Virus record (IMG/VR): IMGVR_UViG_3300031998_000023
Length of the DNA: 64,000 nucleotides
DNA from: an uncultured virus (IMG/VR IMGVR_UViG_3300031998_000023)
Taxonomy: Duplodnaviria; Heunggongvirae; Uroviricota; Caudoviricetes
Reading direction: 5' to 3' (one strand)
The notes beneath the pieces are model-generated. The model did no database searches and was not told the origin of the DNA. It worked only from the letters and a program-made list of their open reading frames with translations. This document shows positions 1 to 10,156 of the stretch, in pieces. Numbering within the stretch: position 1 is the stretch's first letter; every line of letters starts with the position of its first letter. A program made the position numbers and the translations under genes.

Positions 1-1
1 T

Positions 2-3000
2 TGTTATGTTTTAGAAGAAACATTTTATCCCGTATCTGGCGAAGGCGGAAATTATTTATATTTTAAAAATAAGTGTAAATCTCCACAAATTACAGGATAT
101 GAAAATATTAATACAACTGTTGGAGTTACATTATCAAAATATGGAAATCCTTCAAATATTAATATTGAATATTCGTTTAATTATAATCCATGGAGACCAT
201 ATACAATAGGAACAAAAATTTATTTACCAAAAACAGGAATAATTTTTTTTAGAGCTGTTGATACAAATGCAACATTTTCTATTGATGCAGATAATTTTTA
301 TATTTTTGATATTGATAATACACTTACAAATGATGAATGTAATGTTTCATATGATGACTTGTTAGGACAATATACTTTATTACAAACAAATTATGATGTT
401 ATTGTTGGGGGTAAAATTTCATCATTACTTATTTCTACAACTTCAGAAAATGCAATTTTAAATTCTTTTGGATTTTATGACTTATTTGGGAACATTAAAA
501 TAACAGATGCTTCTGAGTTAAATCTTGATTTATTGTCAATTCCATCATATGGATATAAATACATGTTTCATAGTACGGAGTATTTAAAAAAAGGTCCTAA
601 AATTGCGGCAACCAGTGTTAATGAATATTCTATGGATAATATGTTTGAATATTCATCATTAACCGGATTGTCTGATAATAATTTGTATTTTACATTACCA
701 GCATCACATTGTTGCTACTGCATGTTTGCTGAATCAAATTACAATACAAATCTTAATATTGCTTCATCTGATGGAAATGGCTCTTCTCATTTTGAAAACA
801 TGTTTTTTAAATGTAAAGGCTCAAATGCTTCTGTAACATTTCAAAATATGACAACATTTAATACAGATGCATGTAGAAGAATGTTCTATAGTGCCAATAC
901 TACAGTATTTTGCACGTTTTCTAATACAATTTCAAACATAGGCCAAACTGCTTTTTATGAAATGTATAGATATTCTCGTATAACTTCTGTTAACTTTACT
1001 GTAACAGGTAGTGTTTTTTCTCAAGGGTGTATGTATATGTGCGCAAATTTAAATTCAAATTCATGTTATATAAGTAATATGCATTTAGATTCAGATGATT
1101 TACGTTCTGAATGCTATTCTCATATGTTTTATTATTCAAAATGTGCAAATGGAACATTTTCTTTTAATACGCCAGGTACAATACCGCAGAGCGGATGCTG
1201 TAATATGTTTCAACATACAGGTGAAATAAATTGTGAAATATTACCTGCATTAAAATTAAGTAATTATTGTTATGCTTGGATGTTTTGTGATTCTGATATA
1301 AAAATAGCTCCTGAATTGCCGGCTATTGGCATTTATGAAGAATGTTATAAAAGTATGTTTCAATCTTCAAAAATAACACACCATCATAATCATAAAATAC
1401 ATAATACTGTAATTGATTTTAATATAGGTAGTGGCGATATTGTTGAAAATGATGAATATGTTTTAAACGCAACTAATTTACCATCAATGTGTTATAGTTA
1501 TATGTATGCATGGTCTAATTTACAATATGTTTCAAATATAATAACTCCAAATTTGTTAGTTGCTGGATATAGAAGTTGCTTTCATATGTTTGATGGAACT
1601 CCTATTAAATTAACAAATAGAGTTAGATGGTTACATAATAAAAGCAGAAATATTGATTTAACAGCAAGAGATTTTAGGCTTGAAAGTATTTTTGTTGATG
1701 GAAATTATAACGGAAGTGATTTTGATTTATTTGATGGAGATAGATTTTTTCATTTGTATAAGGATTATTATTTTAATGGTAATAATAGTAATATAGAAGT
1801 CTTAACAGGGATGACAATTGGCGGAATTGGAGGTGATTTGTACACAGTCAAAGAATCTGCTGAAAATTGTAATACTGTTGATGTTGATGGATATTTTGAT
1901 AAAATCAATAATAAAGACTGTTTTAAATTATTAACAGGAAAAACAGGAAATAATAGGTTTTTTAAAGTAAAATATGGACCAACTGAAACAGGAGCAGAAT
2001 ATTTAACTGCATCTGCTGATAGAAGAAAAACCATGGTAATAGGTAAATACCCTGTTTATTCTTATAATGAATCAACTGCAATAACTAACAATGAATATTC
2101 ATTAAGAACAAAATCAGAATACGTATATTTGAACGCAACGACTGTAGGTGAAGAATCGTATGCCTATATGTATTATAATTGCTATTATATTATACCAGGC
2201 CATAATTTTAAATTTTCAAATTCAAATAATTTAATAACATCTGACACTAGAAGTTTTAGTCATATGTTTAGTAAATGTAAACAGATTAGAACAATTACAT
2301 TAGATTTAAATAATATAATTACAGCTCCATATTGCTTTGAATATATGTATTCTGAATGTTATGATAGTGTTAATGAAAATATTTTTAACATGTTTAACAT
2401 TGAATATTTATATCAAGGTCTTGATTATATTTGTACTAATATACACACAAAATATCTTTATAATGATTGTAAGGAAAATGGAGCATTAACATATCATAAT
2501 TATTGCGAAAATTTATATAGGGATGGTAATACACATCATTTTAATCTGGATGGAATTTATATAAAAGGAAATGATATGACGACTTATAATTTTAGTAAAG
2601 CAGTATCAAGTCATTATACCTATCATATGTTTGATTCTTGTTATGCTATTAGATATGCTAAAATTGGATTGCCAAACAATACATTATCTGATGGGTGCTA
2701 TCAAGGAATGTTTACTAGCTGTATTCAATTAGTTAGTGGCATTACAATATCTACAGGTATCACAACAACACAAGGTTATTGTTTTTCACAAATGTTCATG
2801 GGATGTACAGATTATGTTGGCCCAATTAATTCTCTACATAAATTAACACCAACCACGATGTCAAACTATGCATATTCTGAAATGTTTGAAGGGTGTGCAA
2901 GTTTATCAGCATCACCATATTTGCCATCTACTAATATGGCTTCTAATTGTTATAATAAAATGTTTTATAGTGCATTTGAATTTGAATTGGATGTCGAAAT

Positions 3001-3613
3001 AGAAACAACATTAACAATTAAAAGACATTCGAATGGGCATGAAGAAGATTTTACTTTTTATTTCTGTGTTTCAGGAACAAACGATTCGATGAGAACTTTT
3101 TGGTATTTTTATGGTATTAGTCCTATAATAGAAAACGGCTATTTACAATGTTATTTTTATACAAATTCAATTACTGATGGATATGTTTTACCTAATTTTA
3201 CAATAAATGGTATTCAAGCAAAGAATTTATTTTGGTGGAATCCAGATACAGAATATTTTGGCTCTAATACAGCTTCTGTTATATCTTCATTAATAACACA
3301 ATTAGATAATTTTCTAACTAATAAATATATATATTATCATGGAAATACTGGCGCAACAAGAACAGGAAAAATAGTTAGCCACACTACTCCACATGCTAAT
3401 TATGGAGGAAGCGGAACTCAATATAAAGTAATCGGCGGGTTAAAAGTTATAAAAGCACAAATAAGCAAGTCTAATTTAGAAACTCATAATTATACAAATA
3501 ATTGGGTTGCTGGATTGGATAAAGTAAGCGGAGGAAAGTATTATGGTCCTGGCTATCAAGCAGTAACAGGTACTAGTACAATACCTCATGGATGGTCAAC
3601 TTATTCATCATAA
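2..3613 (+). CDS. Large BspA-like leucine-rich-repeat protein (surface or virion appendage-like), 5' truncated by the window
   Basis: Frame is open from position 2, upstream of the called TTG at 359; repeated LPAxxLxxxCYxxMFxxC units; very AT-rich. Confidence 0.6.
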   Translation, partial: CYVLEETFYPVSGEGGNYLYFKNKCKSPQITGYENINTTVGVTLSKYGNPSNINIEYSFNYNPWRPYTIGTKIYLPKTGIIFFRAVDTNATFSIDADNFYIFDIDNTLTNDECNVSYDDLLGQYTLLQTNYDVIVGGKISSLLISTTSENAILNSFGFYDLFGNIKITDASELNLDLLSIPSYGYKYMFHSTEYLKKGPKIAATSVNEYSMDNMFEYSSLTGLSDNNLYFTLPASHCCYCMFAESNYNTNLNIASSDGNGSSHFENMFFKCKGSNASVTFQNMTTFNTDACRRMFYSANTTVFCTFSNTISNIGQTAFYEMYRYSRITSVNFTVTGSVFSQGCMYMCANLNSNSCYISNMHLDSDDLRSECYSHMFYYSKCANGTFSFNTPGTIPQSGCCNMFQHTGEINCEILPALKLSNYCYAWMFCDSDIKIAPELPAIGIYEECYKSMFQSSKITHHHNHKIHNTVIDFNIGSGDIVENDEYVLNATNLPSMCYSYMYAWSNLQYVSNIITPNLLVAGYRSCFHMFDGTPIKLTNRVRWLHNKSRNIDLTARDFRLESIFVDGNYNGSDFDLFDGDRFFHLYKDYYFNGNNSNIEVLTGMTIGGIGGDLYTVKESAENCNTVDVDGYFDKINNKDCFKLLTGKTGNNRFFKVKYGPTETGAEYLTASADRRKTMVIGKYPVYSYNESTAITNNEYSLRTKSEYVYLNATTVGEESYAYMYYNCYYIIPGHNFKFSNSNNLITSDTRSFSHMFSKCKQIRTITLDLNNIITAPYCFEYMYSECYDSVNENIFNMFNIEYLYQGLDYICTNIHTKYLYNDCKENGALTYHNYCENLYRDGNTHHFNLDGIYIKGNDMTTYNFSKAVSSHYTYHMFDSCYAIRYAKIGLPNNTLSDGCYQGMFTSCIQLVSGITISTGITTTQGYCFSQMFMGCTDYVGPINSLHKLTPTTMSNYAYSEMFEGCASLSASPYLPSTNMASNCYNKMFYSAFEFELDVEIETTLTIKRHSNGHEEDFTFYFCVSGTNDSMRTFWYFYGISPIIENGYLQCYFYTNSITDGYVLPNFTINGIQAKNLFWWNPDTEYFGSNTASVISSLITQLDNFLTNKYIYYHGNTGATRTGKIVSHTTPHANYGGSGTQYKVIGGLKVIKAQISKSNLETHNYTNNWVAGLDKVSGGKYYGPGYQAVTGTSTIPHGWSTYSS

Positions 3614-3645
3614 AAAAAAGGCTCTGATTTTACAGAGCCTTTTTC
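3612..3645. terminator. Bidirectional intrinsic terminator
   Basis: AAAAAAAGGCTCTG-ATTTTA-CAGAGCCTTTTT between convergent genes. Confidence 0.85.
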
Positions 3646-4443
3646 TTATCTTTGCATCATTTTTTCATTGAATAGCATTATTGTTTTTTTCATGTCATCA
3701 GGGAACTTTTCTTTGAATTGTTCCATTATGAAATGTGGTAATCCGTAATATGGCTCAGCAATACTACAAGCCATTGCTGCTATAGTGTCTGAATCCCCAC
3801 CAATCCATATTGATTTTCTTATACAATCAATGAAATCGTTACTATTTAAGAAGCAAATAATTGCTTCAGGTACAGTTACTTGGCATGTTGCATCGAATTT
3901 ATGCGCACGTCTTCCAATTTCATCCATTGGTAACGACAGATTATATTTGAAATCTTCTTCAAGAATGCGTTTCATATCTGCTTTTCCTGCGCCACTTCTT
4001 GCGAGGTATATTGCTTCAGCAATTGCCTGAGCACCTTTTATACCTTCTTCATGGTTATGTGTTACTTCGGCTGACTTTTTAGACAAATCAAGGCATTCTT
4101 CAAGCGTATTTGCGTAGAATGCACAAGGTGACACTCTCATACCTGCACCATTTCCAAAACTGTTTATTGGGTCATTGGAATCACTTAGAACCCATGTTCT
4201 AAATTTTCCGCCATATCCCGCATCAGGATAATTTGTGGCCCAATCTTTAAGGTATTCGGCTAATTCTTCTGATTTGCCGCCTGTACTAACAAGCCACTCC
4301 ATAATAGCAACGGTAAGCACCGAATCATCGGTGAACTTACCGTCTTTTAATATTTCTATGCTATCGGGGCTTTCTTCATGTGTATTATTCCACTCATATA
4401 TTGAGCCACAAAAATCACCAACTAAAGCACCAATGTATTGCAT
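3646..4443 (-). CDS. ADP-ribosylglycohydrolase (DraG/ARH family)
   Basis: GALVGD, FTDDSVLT, SFGNGAGMRVSP and GGDSDTIA motifs. Confidence 0.92.
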   Translation of the reverse strand: MQYIGALVGDFCGSIYEWNNTHEESPDSIEILKDGKFTDDSVLTVAIMEWLVSTGGKSEELAEYLKDWATNYPDAGYGGKFRTWVLSDSNDPINSFGNGAGMRVSPCAFYANTLEECLDLSKKSAEVTHNHEEGIKGAQAIAEAIYLARSGAGKADMKRILEEDFKYNLSLPMDEIGRRAHKFDATCQVTVPEAIICFLNSNDFIDCIRKSIWIGGDSDTIAAMACSIAEPYYGLPHFIMEQFKEKFPDDMKKTIMLFNEKMMQR

Positions 4444-5036
4444 TAGATACGATTGATTCTAATTTTTATTACAGCACTGCCACTGTTGTCTTTACATGGC
4501 TTGTTGTTGAACTGCTTGTTATAGTTAGTTTTGTCGCATTTCTTTTCGCATGACCTTTCGGTGTTTGTGCAAGCAGTAAAGCGGCCCTTTTCATCTCTTG
4601 ATTGAGATTTTGCCTTGTCTGAAAGGATTTCGCTTGTTGACTTTCTTACAGGTTGAACAACGTGCTTAACGTAGTATTCGTTGTGCAAGTTGACTCTTTC
4701 AGCCTTTGCAATGAACTTTTCAGCGCCTTGGATGAGCATTTCAGCATCTCTTTTGGCTCTCTTAACTTCAGTTCTCACTTTCCAATAAAGTCTGCTTTCA
4801 GCTCTTGCCAAAGCAATTCTCTTACCAACTTGTGGGTCAAAATTGTCTTTGTCATCGCACTTTGCATAACCCTTGGCAAACATTCTAAAGTTCTCCATGA
4901 AGCGGTTTCCGCTCAAACCTATAGGAGTGATAACTTCACCTTCCAAATAGCACTTCACGGTCTTGTTCTTCTCGTCCACAATGAAGTTCGGCTCCCTTGT
5001 GAATCTAATCTTAAAATCGTCTCTGTAATTTTTCAT
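4443..5036 (-). CDS. Hypothetical phage protein
   Basis: 197 aa ORF coupled to its neighbours; GxAxCxxxDxFDxxxGxxIAxxRA motif common in phage proteins. Confidence 0.7.
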   Translation of the reverse strand: MKNYRDDFKIRFTREPNFIVDEKNKTVKCYLEGEVITPIGLSGNRFMENFRMFAKGYAKCDDKDNFDPQVGKRIALARAESRLYWKVRTEVKRAKRDAEMLIQGAEKFIAKAERVNLHNEYYVKHVVQPVRKSTSEILSDKAKSQSRDEKGRFTACTNTERSCEKKCDKTNYNKQFNNKPCKDNSGSAVIKIRINRI

Positions 5037-5048
5037 AATAATAAAATT

Positions 5049-6275
5049 TTAGTTATCTTGTTTATTTCTATCTGTTTTTTTATTGTTTTTTCTGTGGTGA
5101 TATGCTCTTTGCCTTTTCTTTTTAGGCTTTTCTTCCTCAGAAACAGTTTCTTCTTTCTTTTCTTGTGGCACACCTTCCATTTGAAGGCTTTCCTTTGTAA
5201 TACCAATTGTATCAACAAATTTTTCAAGTGTCAAGTCACAATATTCATCAATCCAATCGGTGATATAGTACAATTTCTTTGAACCTGCAATCAATCCAAA
5301 AATAATCGGGTCCTTTCTCTTTGCTCTTTCATACTCAGTTTCCTTGTATGATTTTTCCTCAGGGTCATAGTGAAGAACAACATAATTGTCAAAAATTTCA
5401 AGTTCATTGAGTTTTGAAATCTTGTTTACAACCTCTTGTGGAATCGGCTTTGCAAAGTTCTTGATATAGTCCAATGATAAGCCTTTTTCACACTTTTTGA
5501 TGAAATCAACAATTGTTTCCTCATCAATCACATAGTAATAACCTTCAGCAAAAAGCAAAGATTCATACTTGTTTGTAATAAGGCCCTTTAACAATTCTTC
5601 TTGAAGCGCTGTTTGACCCATATCAACGGCATTATGTAATGCTCTTAGGTAATTGCTAACCCTATCTTTATACGTGAAAGCGGATTCCTTAGATGTAGTC
5701 TTGACAAGTGAGAAGAACTTAATTGCATCAAATTCAAATTTTTCTTCTTCAGTAGTACTATTTGTCTTTTTGAATAAACGTGAAATCAGTTTACCAATAC
5801 GAGACTTGTTTTCTTCTTTTACTTCAATTGAATCATTTTTTTCTCCATTAGTAAAAATAAATGGATTTTTGTAATTTGAATCATATGCTGTATTTCCGAA
5901 AGAGCCGTAACCTGCCATGACATACTTAACGTTTTTTTCAACCAAAAGTCTTGTCATGTCTTTAATACCTGCTGATGCGATTTCATCAAAACTCAATCCT
6001 TCAGGAGTTTGATATAATGGAAGCCATCTTGTTCCAGAATCAATGCTTCTATCAACATCTTCATTAGTTAGTTCTTGAGATGGAGTTCCTATCTCATTTA
6101 AGCCAACATTATATATTTCGGCATAACTATATTTTGCCTCATCAGGGGATTCGGTTTTTTTTATTCCTTGTTCAGCCCTTTTCCATTTTGGTAATGTTTT
6201 GTTAATGGAAACGCCATCATCGAAAAGTCTAAGATGTTGTTTATCGTCTGTTAAAAGTTTTCTACTCATTGTCAA
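5049..6275 (-). CDS. Hypothetical phage protein
   Basis: 408 aa ORF in operon; conserved-looking C-terminal DPIIFGLI...LYYITDWIDEYCDLTL block. Confidence 0.7.
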   Translation of the reverse strand: MTMSRKLLTDDKQHLRLFDDGVSINKTLPKWKRAEQGIKKTESPDEAKYSYAEIYNVGLNEIGTPSQELTNEDVDRSIDSGTRWLPLYQTPEGLSFDEIASAGIKDMTRLLVEKNVKYVMAGYGSFGNTAYDSNYKNPFIFTNGEKNDSIEVKEENKSRIGKLISRLFKKTNSTTEEEKFEFDAIKFFSLVKTTSKESAFTYKDRVSNYLRALHNAVDMGQTALQEELLKGLITNKYESLLFAEGYYYVIDEETIVDFIKKCEKGLSLDYIKNFAKPIPQEVVNKISKLNELEIFDNYVVLHYDPEEKSYKETEYERAKRKDPIIFGLIAGSKKLYYITDWIDEYCDLTLEKFVDTIGITKESLQMEGVPQEKKEETVSEEEKPKKKRQRAYHHRKNNKKTDRNKQDN

Positions 6276-7122
6276 TCAAGTTTAATTCGTTAATTAAGTT
6301 ATTTCTATTTTCTTCATTTGTCAAATCACACCCATCAACGGCTTCCCATATGTGTCTTGTATATGAATTTTGATAGGCCATAACTAACTCTTCTGCGCTT
6401 TCATTACCAACAATATTAAATGTCTTTGTTGCTTTTTTAATGAATCTTCCAAATTTCTTTCCGTTATCGAATTTATTCCAATCAACATTTTTTTCTTGTT
6501 TAAGAAGTTTGATTTGTTCATCGGTATTCAATGACATAAGTTTTTTGTGTGGAAGATATGTCTGTGCAGTTTGTTGTTTACTGTTTCTAACACAGTCAAT
6601 GTTTCTGAACAATAGCCATGCCATGGCATCATTAGCGCTATCAACGTTCCATACTTTACAATCGAATTGGTAAAGCGGTCCGTTTTCGATTTCATCAATA
6701 CACATTTCAAGTACATTTTCAGCACTTGCACAAGATGGTATTGATTTAAGCCTTTCAATAGCCATTACTTGTGAAAATTTTGATGTGGCTAATGCTGCTA
6801 GAATGCTTTGCATTTTACACATTCTTCCGCCAAAGAAAACATCACCTTCAGGGTCATTTTTCCTGATAATCAATGAAATTTCATCGCTTTGTGTATAAGC
6901 GAATATACATCCCTGAACTTCTTTGCAAAGATATTTTGCCGTTTCGTTCATTGCTTCGATAAACGTATCATCGAAAGGCTTTTTAAACTTGTTCTTTATC
7001 ATCTTTGAAAAAGAACGGCCATCAATGTGTGCAATTATGTATTTGTCGGGGTCAAGAAAATAGTTAGCCGCTTTTTGGTAGGCATAACATTTTTCTTTTA
7101 AAGACATGTTTTCAGTATCCAT
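6262..7122 (-). CDS. tRNA(His) guanylyltransferase Thg1-like protein (3'-5' polymerase)
   Basis: HIDGRSFSK, KKPFD, YTQSDEIS, FFGGRMCK, FDCKV, DCVRNS motifs; start moved to the ATG just after the upstream stop. Confidence 0.9.
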   Translation of the reverse strand: MDTENMSLKEKCYAYQKAANYFLDPDKYIIAHIDGRSFSKMIKNKFKKPFDDTFIEAMNETAKYLCKEVQGCIFAYTQSDEISLIIRKNDPEGDVFFGGRMCKMQSILAALATSKFSQVMAIERLKSIPSCASAENVLEMCIDEIENGPLYQFDCKVWNVDSANDAMAWLLFRNIDCVRNSKQQTAQTYLPHKKLMSLNTDEQIKLLKQEKNVDWNKFDNGKKFGRFIKKATKTFNIVGNESAEELVMAYQNSYTRHIWEAVDGCDLTNEENRNNLINELNLIDNE

Positions 7123-7123
7123 A

Positions 7124-8023
7124 TTAAAATTCGTGAACAATTGTTAAATTTTGGACATCGTACTTCTTAGTATTAAACAGACTATTTGTTGTAAAAACCT
7201 CTGTAATAATACCACTGTCCATTCTTTCTTTTACTTTATTAATAGTACCATCACTGATACTATTTTCAACATGTGAAGCATATACATAAATGTAAGAGGC
7301 CCCGATTTCGTGAAGCGCATCTGCACTATATGCAAGTGTTCCACCGTATGAAATGATGTCATCAATCATAAGAACTGATTTTCCGCTAAGGTATCCTTCC
7401 ATGTTATCAATTCTTTCTCCTTTTTGGTTGAAGATTTTAAGGCCAATAATTTTTCCTGTTCTCCAATCACGGTCTTTTTCGCCATAGATAATGTCATATC
7501 CTTTAAGACGTGGCATATCTTTGTATCGTTTCATAGCGCCCGCATCAGGGAAGTAAATGATAGTGGTCCCATTATATACAGGCGTATCGTTTGTGGATTC
7601 GATGTCACAAAGAACTTCGTCAATCATCTTGTTAGGCGTAATTACCTTAACATTCTTAATTAATGCAGGTGTTACATCTGAATGTGGGTCGAAAATTTCA
7701 ACACGGTCAAATCCCAAGTAATTGATAAAGTCACAGAAATATTTCAAAGTGAAAACTTCGCAATCTGACTTTGTTCTATCCATTCTTGCGTTTGGCACAT
7801 ACGGAAGAACCAACTTGATTCTTGAATATACGTTAAACGTTTCTTTGATGTGCTTTGTTACAAAAAGTAACATTGAGATTTCGTAGTCACCCTCATAAAG
7901 CCATGTAATCTCAATTTCTTGATTCATTGGCCAATTAATCACATCTTCATTGAAGTTAAGTAACATAAGAGTATTGTCGGGAAAGTACTCTCGTTTGATT
8001 TCAAATCCGTTTACTTTAATCAT
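7124..8023 (-). CDS. Ribose-phosphate pyrophosphokinase-like protein (Prs family; candidate ADPR-PP synthetase Adps)
   Basis: FPD, LPYVPNARMDR, FDPHS, FPDAGA, MIDDIISYGGT motifs; NAD cluster context. Confidence 0.88.
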   Translation of the reverse strand: MIKVNGFEIKREYFPDNTLMLLNFNEDVINWPMNQEIEITWLYEGDYEISMLLFVTKHIKETFNVYSRIKLVLPYVPNARMDRTKSDCEVFTLKYFCDFINYLGFDRVEIFDPHSDVTPALIKNVKVITPNKMIDEVLCDIESTNDTPVYNGTTIIYFPDAGAMKRYKDMPRLKGYDIIYGEKDRDWRTGKIIGLKIFNQKGERIDNMEGYLSGKSVLMIDDIISYGGTLAYSADALHEIGASYIYVYASHVENSISDGTINKVKERMDSGIITEVFTTNSLFNTKKYDVQNLTIVHEF

Positions 8024-8048
8024 ATATGAAATTATTTAGTTCGTTATG

Positions 8049-8078
8049 AATATACAAATAATTTTTTATTTTCCAAAA
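8049..8078 (-). promoter_or_regulatory. Class I promoter motif upstream of the prs-like/thg1/ARH run
   Basis: TTGTATATT on the minus strand at 8049-8057 with upstream TTTG, matching more than 10 other copies. Confidence 0.6.
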
Positions 8079-8623
8079 TCCAAATATTCCCCGTAAATAA
8101 AATTAGGGTTATTTGCATCTTTTTCTGATGTTATAATGTTATCATAACTAATGTAATCTTGCCATGGGAAATCAATTGATTTATAATTGAATCCACGTTC
8201 TGATTCCTTGTTATAATAGTTATCGCATTTATATTGGAATATGGTGTTGTTTTTAAGTGTCAAGAATCCATGTAAAAAACCACGTGGAACAAAGAATTGC
8301 CTACGGTTTTCTTCTGAAAGGTATGCCCAATATGTTTCTCCATATGATTTTGAATCCTCACGTATGTCAACTATAACATCAATAACAGCGCCTTTTATTA
8401 CTCTGACCAATTTTGCCTGTGTAAATTCACCTGTTTGGCAATGCATACCTCTTAATACTCCATAAGAAGATAGTGATTGGTTGTCTTGTATAAATTTTAT
8501 ATCTGCAATTTTTTCTTTAAATTCTTTTTCATTGAATGATTCATAAAAATAGCCACGCTCATCCTTAAATATTTGAGGCTCTATTAAAGCAGGACCATCA
8601 TTAACTTTCCAAAGTGTATCCAT
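8066..8623 (-). CDS. rmlC: dTDP-4-dehydrorhamnose 3,5-epimerase
   Basis: DERGYFYESFN, QDNQSLS, GVLRGMH, QAKLVRV, FVPRGFLHGF, YKCDNYY. Confidence 0.95.
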   Translation of the reverse strand: MDTLWKVNDGPALIEPQIFKDERGYFYESFNEKEFKEKIADIKFIQDNQSLSSYGVLRGMHCQTGEFTQAKLVRVIKGAVIDVIVDIREDSKSYGETYWAYLSEENRRQFFVPRGFLHGFLTLKNNTIFQYKCDNYYNKESERGFNYKSIDFPWQDYISYDNIITSEKDANNPNFIYGEYLDFGK

Positions 8624-8987
8624 TTAAAATCAAATCTTGTTCTATCTCATCTCTTTGTTCTGAGATGTTATTCATTATTTCAACTAAATTATTGTATTGT
8701 CTAAGATATTTTGATGCTTTTCCAATTAATGAGCAATACACTTCATGCTCTTCTTTCAAATAAGACTTTTGTGCTTTTTCAAGATTTGTGAAGAAAAAAC
8801 CTATGTTGTCTAAATCTTTACATGCGTCATCAACCATCAATCCACCTGAATCATCAAGGTTTAGATATTTATATGTGTCATATACTTCAATGGATTCAAC
8901 AACATGGGTTTCAAGTCTAATTCCAAAATCAGACCCCTTATTTACAACATAGATGTTGTCACCTTCTTTTAAATCTTTGAATTTCAT
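8601..8987 (-). CDS. Hypothetical protein
   Basis: 128 aa ORF overlapping the rmlA stop and rmlC start. Confidence 0.7.
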   Translation of the reverse strand: MKFKDLKEGDNIYVVNKGSDFGIRLETHVVESIEVYDTYKYLNLDDSGGLMVDDACKDLDNIGFFFTNLEKAQKSYLKEEHEVYCSLIGKASKYLRQYNNLVEIMNNISEQRDEIEQDLILNGYTLES

Positions 8988-9994
8988 TTTTCAATTCTTT
9001 GATTATATAATTTCATTAAATATTGTCCGTATTCGTTCTTTTCCATTTCCTTTGCAGCTGCGTGTATCCTATCCAATGTAAGCCAACCAGTGTTATATGC
9101 AATTTCTTCAAGGCAAGCTATTTTTAGCCCTTGTCTTTTTTCTATTGTTTCAATATAGTTGGATGCTTCTGACAAACTATCAAATGTTCCAGTATCAAGC
9201 CATGCAAACCCTCTATTGAAAATTTGTAATGAAAGACGGTTTTCAGTCCTATACCTTGTTTCAGATGGCTTACCGAATTTTTCTTCATCTAATAGTTCAC
9301 AGCATTGATACCCATTAAGTTTTTCGTATTTGTATATTGGGGTTATATAATTAATATATTTGTTGTTTACGTCAGTGATTTCTAATTCACCTCTTTTTGA
9401 AGGTGTAATTTCTTTTGCTATTTTCACAACATCGTTTGGGTAAAAATAAAGTCCAACAACTGCACAATCACTTTTTGGGTTTTGTGGCTTTTCTTCTATT
9501 GATTTTACTATAATTGGGTCATCTTCGTAAGTGTGCCCCTCATATTCAACAACTCCATATCTTTCAGGGTCATTTACATGGTATCCAAATACAGTTGCAA
9601 CATCAAAATTTTCAGCATTACTAACTGCTATTTTTAACATTTTTGAGAATCCTGGTCCATGGAAAATGTTATCACCAAGAACCAAACAAACAGAATCATT
9701 GCCAATAAATTCTTCACCAACAATAAAAGCATCAGCAAGACCTCTTGGAGATTCTTGTACCGCATATGTAAAAATAACACCAAATTGGCCACCATCACCA
9801 AGTAATCTTTTGAAAGATTCTGAATCCTGTGGCGTTGTTATAATAAGAATTTCACGAATTCCAGCCAACATTAGCACGGAAATCGGATAATAAATCATTG
9901 GCTTGTCATAAATTGGCAATAGTTGTTTTGATACGCCTTTTGTAATTGGATAAAGGCGTGAGCCTGAGCCACCTGCTAATACAATACCTTTCAT
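8984..9994 (-). CDS. rmlA: Glucose-1-phosphate thymidylyltransferase
   Basis: [62 protein letters not shown]. Confidence 0.97.
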   Translation of the reverse strand: MKGIVLAGGSGSRLYPITKGVSKQLLPIYDKPMIYYPISVLMLAGIREILIITTPQDSESFKRLLGDGGQFGVIFTYAVQESPRGLADAFIVGEEFIGNDSVCLVLGDNIFHGPGFSKMLKIAVSNAENFDVATVFGYHVNDPERYGVVEYEGHTYEDDPIIVKSIEEKPQNPKSDCAVVGLYFYPNDVVKIAKEITPSKRGELEITDVNNKYINYITPIYKYEKLNGYQCCELLDEEKFGKPSETRYRTENRLSLQIFNRGFAWLDTGTFDSLSEASNYIETIEKRQGLKIACLEEIAYNTGWLTLDRIHAAAKEMEKNEYGQYLMKLYNQRIEK

Positions 9995-10155
9995 TTCTTT
10001 TTGTTTTTATACCATTCTAAAAATTCTTCATATTCCTTATCGGAAATTTTTCTTGTCTTATCATCCTTGTGGGCACGATAAACAATGAACAAAATAATAC
10101 CACAAAAGAAAAGGTCACATAAAAATGAAATTAAGATGTAAGTTAAAATTGACAT
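9991..10155 (-). CDS. Small membrane protein (54 aa, below ORF-track cutoff)
   Basis: [30 protein letters not shown]...; ATGA overlap with the rmlA start. Confidence 0.6.
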   Translation of the reverse strand: MSILTYILISFLCDLFFCGIILFIVYRAHKDDKTRKISDKEYEEFLEWYKNKKK

Positions 10156-10156
10156 G

